From: Squalus acanthias
Lineage: Eukaryota
Reading direction: 5' to 3'
Length of the DNA: 64,000 nt
NCBI GenBank assembly: GCA_030390025.1
Contig: JASTWF010000334.1
Coordinates: 310,001 to 374,000, forward strand
The position numbers and the translations under genes were made by a program. The number at the start of each line of letters is the position of its first letter. The first letter of the stretch is position 1. A model generated the notes under the pieces. The model worked only from the letters and a program-made list of their open reading frames with translations, ran no database searches and was not told the origin of the DNA. Below are positions 1 to 12,797 of this stretch, one piece after another.

Positions 1-534
1 ATTGAGGGTTATCAGGGACGCAGATTGAGGATTATCAGGGACACAGATTGAGGATTATCAGGACACAGATTGAGGATTATCAGGGACACAGATTGAGGAT
101 TATTAGGGACACAGATTGAGGATTATCAGGGACTCAGATTGAAAATTATCAGGGACATAGATTGAGCATTATCAGGGACACAGATTGAGGATTATCAGGA
201 CACAGATTGAGGATTATCAGGACACAGATTGAGGATTATCAGGATTACAGTTTGAGAATTATCAGGGACACAGATTGAGGATTATCAGGGACACAGATTG
301 AGGTTTATCAGGGACACAGATTGAGGATTGTCAGGGACAAAGATTGAGGATTATCAGGGACACAGATTGAGGATTATCAGGGACACAGATTGAGGATTAT
401 CAGGGACACAGATTGAGGATTATCTGGGCCATAGATTGAGGATTACCAGGACACAGATTGAGGATTATCAGGGACACAGATTGAGGATTATCAGGGACAC
501 AGATTGAGGATTATCAGGGATACAGTTTGAGGAT
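1..534 (+). repeat. 23-bp minisatellite (GATTGAGGATTATCAGGGACACA)n
   Basis: Tandem unit read directly; interrupted at 535 by the LTR element and resumes at 5016-~5100; further blocks at ~9028-9070 (inverted) and ~10332-10757. Confidence 0.95.
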
Positions 535-728
535 TGTCGTAAGAATGAGCCTTACGCGTGGTGAACTTAAAGTAAGCTTTAATCAACTAAAAAGATGCTA
601 CATACAATCGAGGTCTTACTCTATGCCTCTCCAGGATCCAACTGATCAGCCCAGTATTTATCCTGGACTAATCACAGGAAGTGATGTAATAAAGTTCGAG
701 TCACAGGAAGCTGTATTGTGTTACCACA
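535..728 (-). repeat. 3' LTR of the Gypsy element
   Basis: Direct repeat of 4822-5015; preceded on the minus strand by the PPT. Confidence 0.95.
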
Positions 729-791
729 TTCTCCCCCCCCAAAAGATTAGGAGGCCGGGATGAAGTTCGAGTCACAGGAAGCTGTATTGTG

Positions 792-3700
792 TTACCACAT
801 TCTCCCTCCATTTCGTAGCCGCTGGACGAGGGAGAGCCGCACCCGTTTGGGTTCTCGTAGCGATAGAGGGCCCCTAGCCCGTTTACCCGTCGCGGGCCGT
901 GGACCAGAGTCCGAGTGATCCAGCCCGCTCTGTGAGGGGTCAGGACGATCCTGACTGTGTACTGGTGCCCGAACGGGTGTCAGGCAGGGCTGTGGCAGAT
1001 CCATTTCCGAGCGTATGGTATGGGGTGGATCGTGGCTGCGCGTGCGAGCCCCGACGGGCTCGTAGTCAGTCTGCCCCAGGTCGGCACGCTGGAGTGAGGT
1101 ACCAGCCGGCGTCAGATCCAGATCGTGATGAGAGGCACCTGGCGAGCCCAGAGATGTGCCTGGTACAATATCATCCCCTGGTGTCCCTCTATGTTTCGGC
1201 GGGCAGGGAGCCAGATCCCGCAATGACACGGTAGATTCCCGACCGTCAGGATACCGAATATAGGCGTAGGTAGGGTTGACGTCAGTGAGCTCAACCTCAT
1301 CTACCAGGGGGTCATTCTTAGACGCCCGGACATATCTTCGGAGTAGCACTGGTCCCGGTGCAGTCAGCCACGACGGGAGAGATATCCCATAGGATGAGCG
1401 ACGCTGAAATCGGAAGAACCGTTCATGAGGCGTCGTATTTGTGGCGGTCGAAAGGAGGGACCGTGTGGAGTGTAATGCGTCTGGAAGTACTGCTTCCCAT
1501 TGCTGGTTGGGTAGGCCCCGAGATCTCAAAGCCAGACGTACCGCATTCCAGATGATAGCGTTAAAACGCTCGACTTGCCCATTCCCGACCGGATGATAAG
1601 GCGTCGTTCTGCTGGCAGCAATACCCCGTTCCGAGAGATAGGCCTTGAGTTCTCCTGACATAAAAGAAGGGCCCCGATCCGAATGAACATAGGATGCCAT
1701 GCCACAGAAAGCAAATACCTGCTCAAGGCAGCTGATAACCGTGGTCGTCAGCATATTGGGGCAGGGAAAGGCAAACGGAAAACGGGAATACTCATCGACC
1801 ATGGTCAATAGATAAGTGTTGCGAGTTGAAGAGGGCAACGGCCCCTTAAAATCGATGCTAAGCCGTTGCATTGGCTGGGTCGCATGTATGAGTATACCAC
1901 CCGAGGGGCGGAAAAACTGAGGTTTCAATTCCGCACAGACTCTGCAGTCCGAGCACATCTTCTTTACATCCCCGGTAGAGAATGGGAGATTTCGGGACCG
2001 CACGAAGTGTAGCATGCAAGTAACGCCCGGATGACACAACCCATCATGGATGTCTACGAGCGTAGAGGGTGCCATGGCGGAGCAGAATGCTCGTGTGAGG
2101 GTATCCGGAGCCACATTCTCCTTGCCAGGTCAATAGTGGATGGTGTAACCAAAAGAGGCCAATTCCAGCCGCCAAAGCTGGATTTTATTATTTTTAATTT
2201 TGGTCCGTTTTCGATTATCGAGCATGAAGGCGACCGATTGCTGGTCCGTGATTAAGGTAAAGTGCTGGCGAGCTAGGAGATGAGTCCACTTCCGTACTGC
2301 CTCTATGATGGCTGTAGCTTCTTTCTCGACTGGAGGATAATGTAGCTCAGCCCCTTGAAAAGTCCTGGACAAAAATGCCACCGGACGACCTTCCTGATTC
2401 AGAGTGGCCGAGATCGCCACCTCCGAGGCATCACACTCAACAACAAAAGCAAGACTCTCATCGATGGAGTGAAGAGCCGCTTTCTCCAACTGTTTTTTCA
2501 GGAGGTTAAAGGCTGCAACAGCCGCTGTGTCTAGTGGGAATGTGCTGGCCTTCAGTAGAGGTTGGATTCGGTCCGAGAAGTTAGGAATCCATTTAGCATA
2601 GTATGCAAACAGGCCGAGGGCCCTGGCGCAAGGAGGCCGGATTCTTAGGTGGCGGGAGTTCTTGGAGTGGGCGAAGCCTTTCAGGGTCAGGTTTAATGAT
2701 GCCATTGCCCACACAATAGCCAAGGATGTTGATGGTTGGTTGTGACTCAATGGATTTAGCCGCATTTAATGTCAAATTACGGTGCTGGAGTGCATCCCAA
2801 AATCGTTTGAGATTGGCGTCATGTTCCCGCTGATTGCGACCTGCGACAGTAATATTGTCCAGATAAGGAAACGTATCCTTTAAGTCTTCCTGTTTGACCA
2901 GGTCATCCATTGCTCGCTGGAAGACAGCCACTCCATTAGTGACCCCAAAGGGGAGGCGACGAAATTGATACAGCCGTCCATTGGCTTCAAAGGCCGTATA
3001 CTGCTTGTCTGAGACCTTCAAGGGTACCTGATGATAGGCACTTTTCAGATCATATGTTGAGAACACCGTGTACTCAGCCAGTTTATTAACCATATCATCG
3101 ATGCGCGGCAATGGGTATGCGTCCAAGTCCGTATATTGATTGATGGTCTGTGAATAGTCAATGCACAGCCGTTTCTTGTGAGGTTGTAGAGGGTTCTTAA
3201 CAATAACGACCTGGGCGCGCCATGGCGACGAACAAGGCTCGATGATATCCTCTGCTAAAAGCCGAGAAATCTCAGCCGCAATAAAAGACTGGTCTTCCTG
3301 ACTGAAACGTCGTGACTTTGTTATAATCGGTTTGCATCGAGGAGGGATACTGGTAAACAGTGAGGGTTCATCCAGTGAAGCTGCTGACAATGCACAGAAC
3401 GGTAATCGAGGTCGTATATTAGAAATAGTGAGTTCAGGTTTGGATCCGCCGAACTCAATGGTGAGCTTCTTATGCTGCTTTTGAAAATATAGCCCTAAGA
3501 TAAGATCACTACATAAGTCCTTGAGCACCGAAAGCCGGGTGGAGGGATACCTGTGACCATTAAGTGTTATTTCAACCATACAAAAGCCAGAAATTCTGGT
3601 ATTAAGTGATGACTGAGCCATCGCAATTGCCTGGTCCGATGGGAAAACATGTAGCTTTAACTCTGCAACAATCTGTTCCCTAATGAAACTATCAGTGCTA

Positions 3701-4743
3701 CCTGAGTCAATTAAGGCATCTAAAGTATGTCCATTAATTGATGCTTTTGTAGCTGCATGGAATAGGTTCTGAGGACAAGCAGCTGTAATTGGTGTCGTTG
3801 CACAAAGAGTGGCTGAAACTCTAGGTGTGTTTCTTCGAGAGAAAACCCGAGAGGAAGCACGATAGATTTTAGTCGGAACATCTTGATAGGCCCTTACCGG
3901 GGCAGTTCGGTAGGACTTAGCTTGATAAGCCCTCGTAGAGGTTCTTGATAGGCAAACCTTTGCAAAATGACCCTTTTTGTTGCAATGACTGCAAAACGCA
4001 TTGCGAGCAGGGCAGAATTTCCGAGGGTGAAACTCATCACCACAAAAGAAGCATTTCTTAGATTGCCAAGAGGCTGCCACAGTGGGGTCATCATCCTCTT
4101 CATCAGTGAAGTCATCAGATTGATCGTCAGGGATAAAGTCCTCCCTAATAGAGTTCACCTGTGGCCTCTTAAATTGCCTGACTGTAGTTAAGGCAGCAGA
4201 CCGAGGTCTGGGCACTGTATAAAGGTCTGCATTTCTCTTTGCCAGATCTAGAGAGCAAGCCATGTCATAAGCTCTCTGAAGCTCAAGTGTCTTACTTTCC
4301 AGTAGACGCTGGCGTATAAATGGGGAGGCAAGCCCGCAGATGAAAGCATCACGGATCATTTCTTCACGGTACAGCTCAGCTGAGGCCGCCTGAAAGTTAC
4401 AGTCCATACTAAGTCTGCAAAGCTCTTGGAGGAATTTATCAATGGATTCCTCCGGCCCTTGTTGGGCTGTAGCTAGTAGATGTCTGGCATAGACCTCATT
4501 CGGTGTCTTAGTATATAGTCTTTTAAGCGTCCGAATTGCCTCCTCGTAACTGCCCCATTCCTCGACATACTGAAATACATTCGGGGTGACACAGTTGATG
4601 AGTATCCGCAATTTTGAGTCATCATCAGCCTTGGAATATTCGAGAAAATTGTCAAACGTGCGATACCAGTGTTTCCACACCTTACCGGCTGCTGGGGTGT
4701 TTGGGTCCAAGTCAAGACGCGATGGTTTAAGGATGTTTTCCAT
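792..4743 (-). pseudogene. gag-pol: gag-pol polyprotein with one frameshift (~2620) and one in-frame TGA (2130-2132)
   Basis: Two zinc knuckles (CFFCGDEFHPRKFC, CSHCNKKGHFAKVC); protease LIDSGS; RT LPFG...YLDN; RNase H ECDASE...EKEA...TDQ; integrase H..H..C..C and IDFKG/SDRG/VERFN. Confidence 0.92.
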
Positions 4744-4821
4744 GATGGGTGATTCCCTGGATCCTTAGTTCCGAGTTCGTCCAAAAAGTTTGAGTGCGAA
4801 GTTTTTCAAAGTTGATTAAAT

Positions 4822-5015
4822 TGTCGTAAGAATGAGCCTTACGCGTGGTGAACTTAAAGTAAGCTTTAATCAACTAAAAAGGTGCTACATACAAAAGAGG
4901 TCTTACTCTATGCCTCTCCAGGATCCAACTGATCAGCCCAGTATTTATCCTGGACTAATCACAGGAAGTGATGTAATAAAGTTCGAGTCACAGGAAGCTG
5001 TATTGTGTTACCACA
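4822..5015 (-). repeat. 5' LTR of the Gypsy element
   Basis: Direct repeat of 535-728, upstream of the gag ATG at 4743. Confidence 0.95.
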
Positions 5016-5458
5016 AGGATTATCAAGAACACAGATTGAGGATTATCAGGGACACAGATTGAGGATTATCAGGGACGCATTTTGAGGATTAGCAGGGGCA
5101 CTGAGGATAGGATGTGAAAGCAAAATACTGCAGATGTTGGAAATCTGAAATAAAACAGAAAATCCTGGAAATACTCAGCAGGTCAGGGAGCGTCTGTGGA
5201 GAGAGAAACAGAGTTAACGTTTCAGGCTGATGAGCAATCATCAGTACTGGAGAAAGCTGTAACACGTTTTAAGCAGTACAGAGGCAGCGAAAGTGGGGGA
5301 GTGGAGGAAGAGGGGAGTGCGCCACAGGGATCAGTGCTGGGACTTTAACTATTTACAAGCTATATTAATGACTTGGTTTAAGGGACCGAGTGCACTGTCG
5401 CCAAATTTGCAGATGATACAAAGATAGGTGGGAATGCAAGTTGTGAGGAGGACACAAA

Positions 5459-6224
5459 GGTCCGTATTTTCCGATCCCTACGGATGTGTATGAGCTATGT
5501 ACACACCCGTACGGGCCTCGCAAGTGCCGGTTTCAGGCATGTGAAGCACATGCGCTGAAAACCAGCACTTCCAATCTGTCATGAATCCTCTTGCCAGATT
5601 GCACGCCTGCCCAGGAGAAGGGCCTCTGCGGGTGGAGAGTTCCGCTTTCTGCACAACCTCCGCCCACTGACAACCTTTATAAATCTTACGCCTGGTAAAA
5701 TCGGGCATAAGGCCTACTTTTACCAGCATAAGAGTTTAAAAAAGTTTAAAAAAAAATTTCACTCATTTATAATTTAAAAATACTTTTAAAAAAGGTAAGT
5801 TTATTTTTTAACCCCGTAAAATACTTTAATTATTTTTTCAAAAAATTAAATTTTTGTTTAAAATATTTAATTTAATTTAATGTTAACTAATTTTAATTAT
5901 GTGATGTCTTTTTTAATTGATTTAATGTTTTAGTGTGTTTTTTGAGTGATCCCCATTCATACTTTTGATAAATCTACACTTAGAGACCTGTCAAAAGTGT
6001 GAAGGGGGATTCCCTTCTTCCATTGGCTCTCCATGGCCCATGTGATCCCAGGGACGCTTGTGAATGGCCTGCACCCCTGGGATACCTGGGCCTCTGCGCA
6101 TTTCGTCGTGGAGAGGCCCAGGAGCGGAAGTGTCGAGACCACCGGAGCCACCAGGTAAGGCGTAGATTTTTTCCAGATCGGAGGCATCCGCAGGCAGGAA
6201 GTCTCCGATCGGAAAATACGGGCC
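5459..6224. mobile_element. PIF/Harbinger-type MITE
   Basis: 18-bp TIRs GGTCCGTATTTTCCGATC / GATCGGAAAATACGGGCC; 3-bp TSD AAA; AT-rich core; related to 61618-62378. Confidence 0.85.
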
Positions 6225-6929
6225 AAAGACTCTGCAAAGCGATATATATTGGATAAGTGAGTGGGCAAAAATTTGGCAGATGGAGTATAATGTGGGAAAA
6301 TGTGAGGTTATCCACTTTGGTAGGAAGAATAAAAAAGTAAATTATTATTTAAATGGAGAGAGATTACAAAATGCTGCGGTACAGAGGGATCTGGGGGGTC
6401 CTCGTACATGAAACACAAAAAGGTAGCATGCAGGTACAGCAAGTAATTAGGAAGGCAAATGGAATGTTGGCCCTTATTGCAAGGGGGATGGAGTATAAAA
6501 GTAGGGAAGTCATGGTAAAACTGTACAGGGCGCTGGTGAGGCCACATCTGGAGTACTGCGTGCAGTTTTGGTCTCCTTATTTAAGGAGGGATATACTTAC
6601 TTTGGAGGCAGTTCAGAGAAGGTTCACTAGGTTGATTCCTGAGATGAAGGGGTTGTCTTATGAGGAAAGGTTGAACAGGTTGGGACTATACTCATTGGAG
6701 TTTAGAAGAATGAGAGGTGATCTTATTGAAACATATAAGATTCTGCGGGGGCTTGACATTGTAGATGCAGGGAGGATGTCTCCCCTTGTGGGGAATCTAG
6801 AACTAGGGCCATAGTTTCAGAAGAAGAGGTCGCCCATTTAAAACGGAGATGAGGAGGAATTTCTTCTCTCAGAGGGTCGTAAAATTTTTGGAATTCTCTA
6901 CCCCAGAGAGCTGTGGAGGCGGAGTCATT

Positions 6930-7360
6930 TTTAAAAAATTTGTTCATGGGATGTGGGTGCCGCTGGCAAGGCCAGCATTTATTGCTCATCCCTAGTTGCC
7001 CTTGAGAAGGTGGTGGTGATCCACCTTCTTGAACCGCTGCAGTCCGTGTGGTGATGGTACTCCCACAGTGCTGTTAAGTAGGGAGTTCCAGGATTTTGAC
7101 CCAGCAACGATGAAGGATCGGCGATATACTTCTAAGTCAGGATGGTGTGTGACTTGGAGGGGAACTTGGAGGTGGTGGTGTTCCCATGCATCTGCTGCCC
7201 TTGTCCTTCTAGGTGGAAGAGGTCACGGGTTTGGGAGGTGCTGCCGAAGAAGCCTTGGCGAGTTGCTGCAGTGCATCTTGTAGAGGGTACACACTGCAGC
7301 CACAGTACGCCGGTGGTGGAGGGAGTGAAATGTTTAAGGTGGTGGATGGGGTGCCAATCA
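6930..7360 (-). mobile_element. 3' fragment of a second LINE family (clade uncertain)
   Basis: Reverse complement of part of 31440-32129; 7-bp TSD AGTCATT (6923-6929, 7361-7367). Confidence 0.8.
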
Positions 7361-9399
7361 AGTCATTGAATATATTCAAGGCAGAGATAGATATTTGAGC
7401 TACAGGGGAGTCAAGGGTTATGGGGAAATTGGAGTTGAGGCCAAGATCAGATCAGCCATGATCTTATTGAACAGCGGAGCAGGCTCGAAGGGCCAAATGG
7501 CCGACTCCTGCTCCTATTTCGTATGTTCTTATGTTCTAAACAAAAGGGAAGGTCTGTGATTGGGTGGAAGGCAAGAGAGATTATATGACAAAAGAGATGA
7601 TGGTGCAAGGCAAAAGTAATGACACAAGTAAAGAAACAAAAGATGGGTCTAGAGGAGGTGTAAATGGGAACAGCAAAATCATTACCAACCACTGCCATCT
7701 GATAAAATGGGGGCAGTGGTTATGATCTGAAATTGTTGATTTCAGTGTTGAGTCCAGAATGCTGTAAGGTGCCTAATCGAAATATGAGGTTCCTCAAGCT
7801 TACATTGAGCTTCATTGGAACAGTGTAGACGGCCGAGGACAGAGAGGTCAGAGTGTGAGTGGGGCGGAGAATTAAAGTGACAGGCGACTGAAAGCTTGGG
7901 GCCACACTTGCGGACTGAACGGAGGTGTTCCGCAAAGCAATCGATTAGGTACTTTACAGCCTTCTGGACTTAACATTGTACTTATGGGACTTGTACAGCT
8001 GCCTCCCGCTAAAGCAACGTTATATAGAGCTGTGATCAGAGGCAAGAGCAAGAGCAGGCTGCCGGGTGTTGATTCAGTCACTGAGATTTAGACATCAGGC
8101 TCAGCTCTCTGAACTCTCCTATCAGCTCAGGTTAGCAACTGTCAGCTTCTGGACTGGACATTCTGGTTTTTGTGAGCACTTCTTGGAATTGTCTAAAATG
8201 TAAATCAGACACCAATAGGGTCACCGCTTAATGTGATATCCTGATATATCCTGGTGGCTCTTCCTGTGATATCCTGATATGCCCCTGGTGTCACTTGGGC
8301 TCCTGAATGAGGGGGGTGTCTCTGAAATGGGGGGTTCCGCGGTTTCCCCTCTTCCCCACCCTCAACTTGCTTTCTTCCCTGCCTTTGATGTCCCCGCCCT
8401 CGGTGTCCCCTCTTCGTCTGCTCACTGAAGGCCTCCTGGTTCATGGAACTTGTCCCACAACAGCTGCTGACGCAAAACCACGAGAAAAATGACTCAACTA
8501 CAGGGGTCGAAGCTTTATGACAAAATGTAACATGATCATTCATCACATGGTCAAATGTCATGTGGTGAGAATGTCACATGATCAAATTTCCAAGCATGAC
8601 TCCAACTAGATTTGGCAAACTTACCACTGAACCAAGGTGACAGCTCTTTTATGGAGCCAGCACACGGTTTGTATGGGGAAAAGGACAGAGGAATAAAATT
8701 CTATGTATGGCTCTTTCTGAGAGATGCCACAGTCACAATGGGCCGAATGGTCTCCTTCGGTGCTGTAATCGTGTCTGATTCTCATTCAAAGCACATGCAG
8801 TTCCGCTAGAGGCCTACAGGTGGCGGTGGTGAGCTACAGGAACACTGGTCTCAGCAGTGCCGCCAGGAGGCCAACACTGGAACTGCAGCGCCCTCACTCG
8901 CTGCATTATAAGTTTTAGTAAAATTGTGAAATTGGTGAGTGAGCTCACCACACAACAACTTATATTTATATACTGCCTTTAACATAGTAAAAATGTCCCA
9001 GGAGCTTCACAGGAGCATTATTGTTCTGAGAATCCTCAATCTGTGTCGCTGATGATCCTCAATCTGTGCTCCTTTACTGCGACATTGGCAGCATCCCTTT
9101 TAGATGCAAAGTACTCATTTAGTAGCTCAGCCAAGCCCTCTGTCTCCACAAGATCTACGTTTTGGTCCCAAATCAGTCCCACCCTTCCTTTGACTGCACT
9201 TTTACTATTGATATGTTTATAAAACAATTGGGTTCCCTTTTATGTTGCCCTCTAATCTATTCTCATACACTCTCTTTGCCCCTCTTACTTCCTTTTTAGG
9301 TTCTCCTCTGTACTTTTTGTATTCATCTTGGTTCTCTACTGAATTAGGAACACGACATTTATCATAAACCACCTTTTTATGATTCATTTAAATCTTTAT

Positions 9400-10132
9400 G
9401 GGGAAAAATTGGGTTGCTTTGGGCCTCCATGTTAGCAACAACCCGGGAGTTGCTAACGGGACACAAATCCCCTAGTGCCCGGGCGTGGTGCCGCTAACGC
9501 CTCCCTCGATATTCAGCGTGAGGTTAGCGGTGGCAGTAGCCGGTAGTGCCCCACGGCGCTGCGCCTTTGGCGATGATGTCATTGCCGTGCGCAGCGCCCT
9601 GCTCCCACCCCGGCCGCAAACTTCGGGTGTGCCCCCTGACCTATCGCTGGACGGTATGTCCGACAGGGTCAGGGTGGCGTATTTGCAGCCGTGGCAGCGC
9701 TATTTAAAGGGGCAGGAGTTGGGCGGCCATCTCTTTTTGGGCCCCTGCCAGCACCTGCCCCCTTCCCCTTTTTTATTCAGGGTGCCGGCCGTGATCGCTC
9801 AGCCTGGCGCTGCTCTTGAGTGCTCGGCTGCTTTCCCCGCACCCCACTCCCCGGTGGTCCAGTAGGGCCCCGTGCGCGCATCGCGAGGCCCCTCCCTTTA
9901 ATCAGGGGAGGAAGGCCTGTAATACCGCGGCACCACGTGCCGACGCACGTTGCGCTGTTGCACATAGCGCCGTGATATTCACTTGTAGCGGCCCAGGATG
10001 GAGGGGGAGCGCTTCCAGTAGCGCCCCGCCTCCTGCTTGGGGAGCTACCACTGAATTTAAGAAGCAGGTGCACTACTTTTAGCACCCCGGCGAAGTTAGC
10101 GCCCCAAAGGGGCACCACTGAATCTTTCCCTC
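9400..10132. mobile_element. Harbinger-derived MITE inside a minus-strand CR1 fragment (~9070-10330)
   Basis: Ends GGGGAAAAATT / AATCTTTCCCTC; TSD TAT; TTAGCGCC subterminal motifs shared with 32202-32869 and 53491-57924. Confidence 0.8.
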
Positions 10133-10331
10133 TATATCTTTAGTCATCCAGGGAACTCCAGCTTTGGATTCCCTTCCTTTCCCCCTCATAACAATATGTC
10201 CAGATTGTACCCAAACTATCTCCTCTTTGAAGGCCTGCCATTACTCATTTACCGTTTTACCTGCCAACGTTTGATTCCAATCGACCTGGGCCAGATCCCT
10301 TTTCAACTCACTGCAATTAACCCTCCTCCAA

Positions 10332-10757
10332 CTGAGGATTATCAGGGCCACAGATTGAGGATTATCAGGGACACAGATTGAGGATTATCAGGGACACAGA
10401 TTGAGGATTATCAGGGACACAGATTGAGGATTATCAGGGACACAGATTGAGGATTATCAGGGACACAGATTGAGGATTATCAGGGGCACAGATTGAGGAT
10501 TATCAGGGACACAGATTGAGGATTATCAGGGGCACAGATTGAGGATTATCAGGGAAAAATATTGAAGATTATCAGGGCAGTGATTGAAGATTGTCAGGGA
10601 CACAGATTGAGGATTATTAGGGGAAAATATTGAAGATTATCAGGGCAGTGATTGAAGATTATCAGGGCCACAGATTGAGGATTATCCGAGGAAAATATTG
10701 AAGATTATGAGGGCAGTGATTGAAGATGATCAGGGCTACAGATTGAGGATTATCAGG
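10332..10757 (+). repeat. 23-bp minisatellite, further block
   Basis: Same unit as 1-534, degenerating towards the 3' end. Confidence 0.9.
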
Positions 10758-11599
10758 TGATGGAATGGATCAGTCAGGTGAAACCTTGTGTTCAATGAGA
10801 CTGTTGCTCGAGGTCTGCCTCATAAGTAGTGTTGATTTGAACTGATTGTGCGTGTGTAGTGACGGGGGTGGGGCGGGCAGCAGGGCGGGCAGCAGTCCCC
10901 ATGACGATGTCGACTTGAAGCCCCTGTGGCCATTTTAATTCCCAGGCCTCATTAATGTCTGCATATAGTGTCACTTCTATTCACGGCCAGAATGGAAATG
11001 ATTGGGTAATTCCCCCGTCAATCACGCCTGGAGACCGCACTGCTGTAAGTGATTGAATTGATGTTACGCACAGCATTTGACTGTAACTATCCTCCACTCA
11101 CTGCAATTTACTGGAGAAATTATCCTGCTTTTATCGGGAGACTTTGCTGCAGTTTTCGTCATGAGTTCTGTTTGCTGTGGTTTGTCGGGACTCTTTTTTA
11201 ATAGATTCTGTAGACTGTTTGCTGTGGTGCACTGTTTAAATAGACTCTGTTTGCTGAGTAAACAGACTTTGCTGTAAAATATCCTGTTTGCTGTAAGTCG
11301 TCCCGTAAGTCCTGCCCCACCTCCAACACGTTGGCTGGCACAGTGCAACTCATTGGCTGTCACAGTTTTATCAATAGACACTCAGCTCATTAATATTTGA
11401 ACAATTAGGCAGCCCGTCCACGTGACCTGCACAATTTACAGCACATTCCCTGACTCTACTTAAAGTGGAGATGGACCTCTTAAAGCGAGGTTGCATCCCT
11501 ACTTGTGATTTTCAGTGAACAATGCTGGAAGACTTGCTGGCTGCAGACATGAGTAGAAGGGTGGCTCCCTGCCTTTCTGATGCTGACGTCTCTGTTGAC

Positions 11600-12062
11600 G
11601 ATATCATTCCCTCATGTTCCGGTGACCTAATGGCCACGTGTGGACAGTCAATCACGCCCAGCACATGAGGGAAGCCAGCCCTGCTGCAAAGCCCCGAGCA
11701 CTGTCCTGGTGACTGCTGAGGTCAGTGGGGAAGGTGCTGTACTGCTTGGCCCTGGAAAAGAGGCTGTCAGTCACCTGCTGAATGCAGCTGTGGACTGCAG
11801 ACTGTGAAACATGACTGATGTCCTGTCTAGCAGCATGAAAGGAGCCAGTGGTGTAAAAATTCCAGGCTGTGGTGACTTTGAGGGCCACTGGCATGGTATG
11901 TCCCCCTGGTCCAGCAGGCAGCAGGTTGTGTTGCAGGAAGCTGCAGAGGACTGAGACAGCCTGGCCGGAGAAACGCAGCCTCCTCCTGCACTGTTGTGCA
12001 AATAGACCCAAGAAGCTGACTCGGTCTGTAGACTCTGTGTGCTGGGTATGGCCTCCTGCGCA
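11600..12062 (-). pseudogene. Harbinger transposase relic
   Basis: PVALKVTTAWNFYTTGSF...ISHVSQSAVHSCIQQVTDSLF aligns with VAVKVTVALNFYATGSF...ISQFAVHRCIRQVTNALF of the transposase at 54123. Confidence 0.8.
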
Positions 12063-12063
12063 C

Positions 12064-12315
12064 AGTTGAGAGATAAATGTTGGCCAGGAGAACTCCCTGC
12101 TCTTCTTTGAGTTCTCCCATAGGATCTTTTACGCCCATCTGACCAGGCAGGTAAGACCTCTTGTCTAAAAGACGGCACCTCTGACAGTGCAGTACTCCCT
12201 CTGTACTGCACTGATGTCTCAGCATGGATTTTGTGCTCAAGTCTCTGGTGTGGGACTTGAACCTATGACCTTCTAACTCAGAGGTGAGAGTGCGACCACT
12301 GAATGACGACTGACA
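12064..12315 (-). mobile_element. tRNA-derived SINE with Deu-like core (DeuSINE/SacSINE1-like)
   Basis: Minus-strand A-box-like TCAGTGG and B-box GGTTCAAGTCC, followed by GCAGTACAGAGGGAGTACTGCACTGTCAGAGGTGCCGTC. Confidence 0.7.
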
Positions 12316-12797
12316 CCCAATATGATTGAAACAGTGAACAATACAGAGATTTCCTTTCTGGATAAACCCTGTGGGGAATCCCACCGCACTTCACCAAAAG
12401 CCATTTCCCACGGGCAGGAATGGGCTCTAAGGTTCTGAAGCTCTTCTCCATGTTAATATTTGTTTTCAAAGGGCTCAAAGCGCTTAAGAAACCCGAAGCC
12501 TCTTCCCATTCCCATTCCCGCTCAGCAGGAGCCCAGCTTCGGTAGTGTAAGTTCCGGGACGCAGGGACTGTGGCTGGGGGTCATTGTGGGCAGGTTGGCG
12601 TGGATCTGGTTTGCTGTCAGTGTCAGGGGGTGCAGCAGGCAGGGCCTGGGCCTTATACAAGACCCAGTGAGAGTGGGACTACCTGGACACATTGGAGCAG
12701 GAAATGGGGAAGGAGCAAAATGTAGCTGGTGAGACCTGCTGGTGGAGTTCGGCCTGTTGTCCTTCCCGGGAACTCGGAGCACCAAGGCTGGAGTTGA

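Larger units (their letters stand above)
535..5015 (-). mobile_element. Full-length Ty3/Gypsy LTR retrotransposon inserted in the minisatellite
   Basis: 194-bp LTRs at 535-728 and 4822-5015 (TG...CA, 3 mismatches by eye); 5-bp TSD AGGAT (530-534, 5016-5020); polypurine tract GGGGGGGGAGAA on the minus strand at 729-740; domain order gag-PR-RT-RH-IN. Confidence 0.95.
5312..7537 (+). mobile_element. 5'-truncated CR1 LINE carrying two nested insertions
   Basis: RT C-terminal motifs (FADDTK, RPHLEYCVQFWSP); 3' tail TATGTTCTTATGTTCT. Confidence 0.85.
5113..7980 (-). mobile_element. Degenerate Penelope-like element 3' part, split by a CR1 insertion (pieces ~5113-5310 and ~7538-7980)
   Basis: C-terminus LIFRLGTLQHSGLNTEINNFRS matches the end of the Penelope ORF at 40151; its terminal sequence resembles 40370-40470. 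Confidence 0.75.

Noticed and set aside
1..534. CRISPR or telomeric array
   Set aside because: Head-to-tail 23-bp units with no unique spacers and no TTAGGG.
527..763. Duplicated small ORFs at 527-763 and 4832-5062
   Set aside because: Antisense translations of the two LTRs.
12240..12315. tRNA gene
   Set aside because: A/B-box head continues into a SINE body; no convincing cloverleaf.
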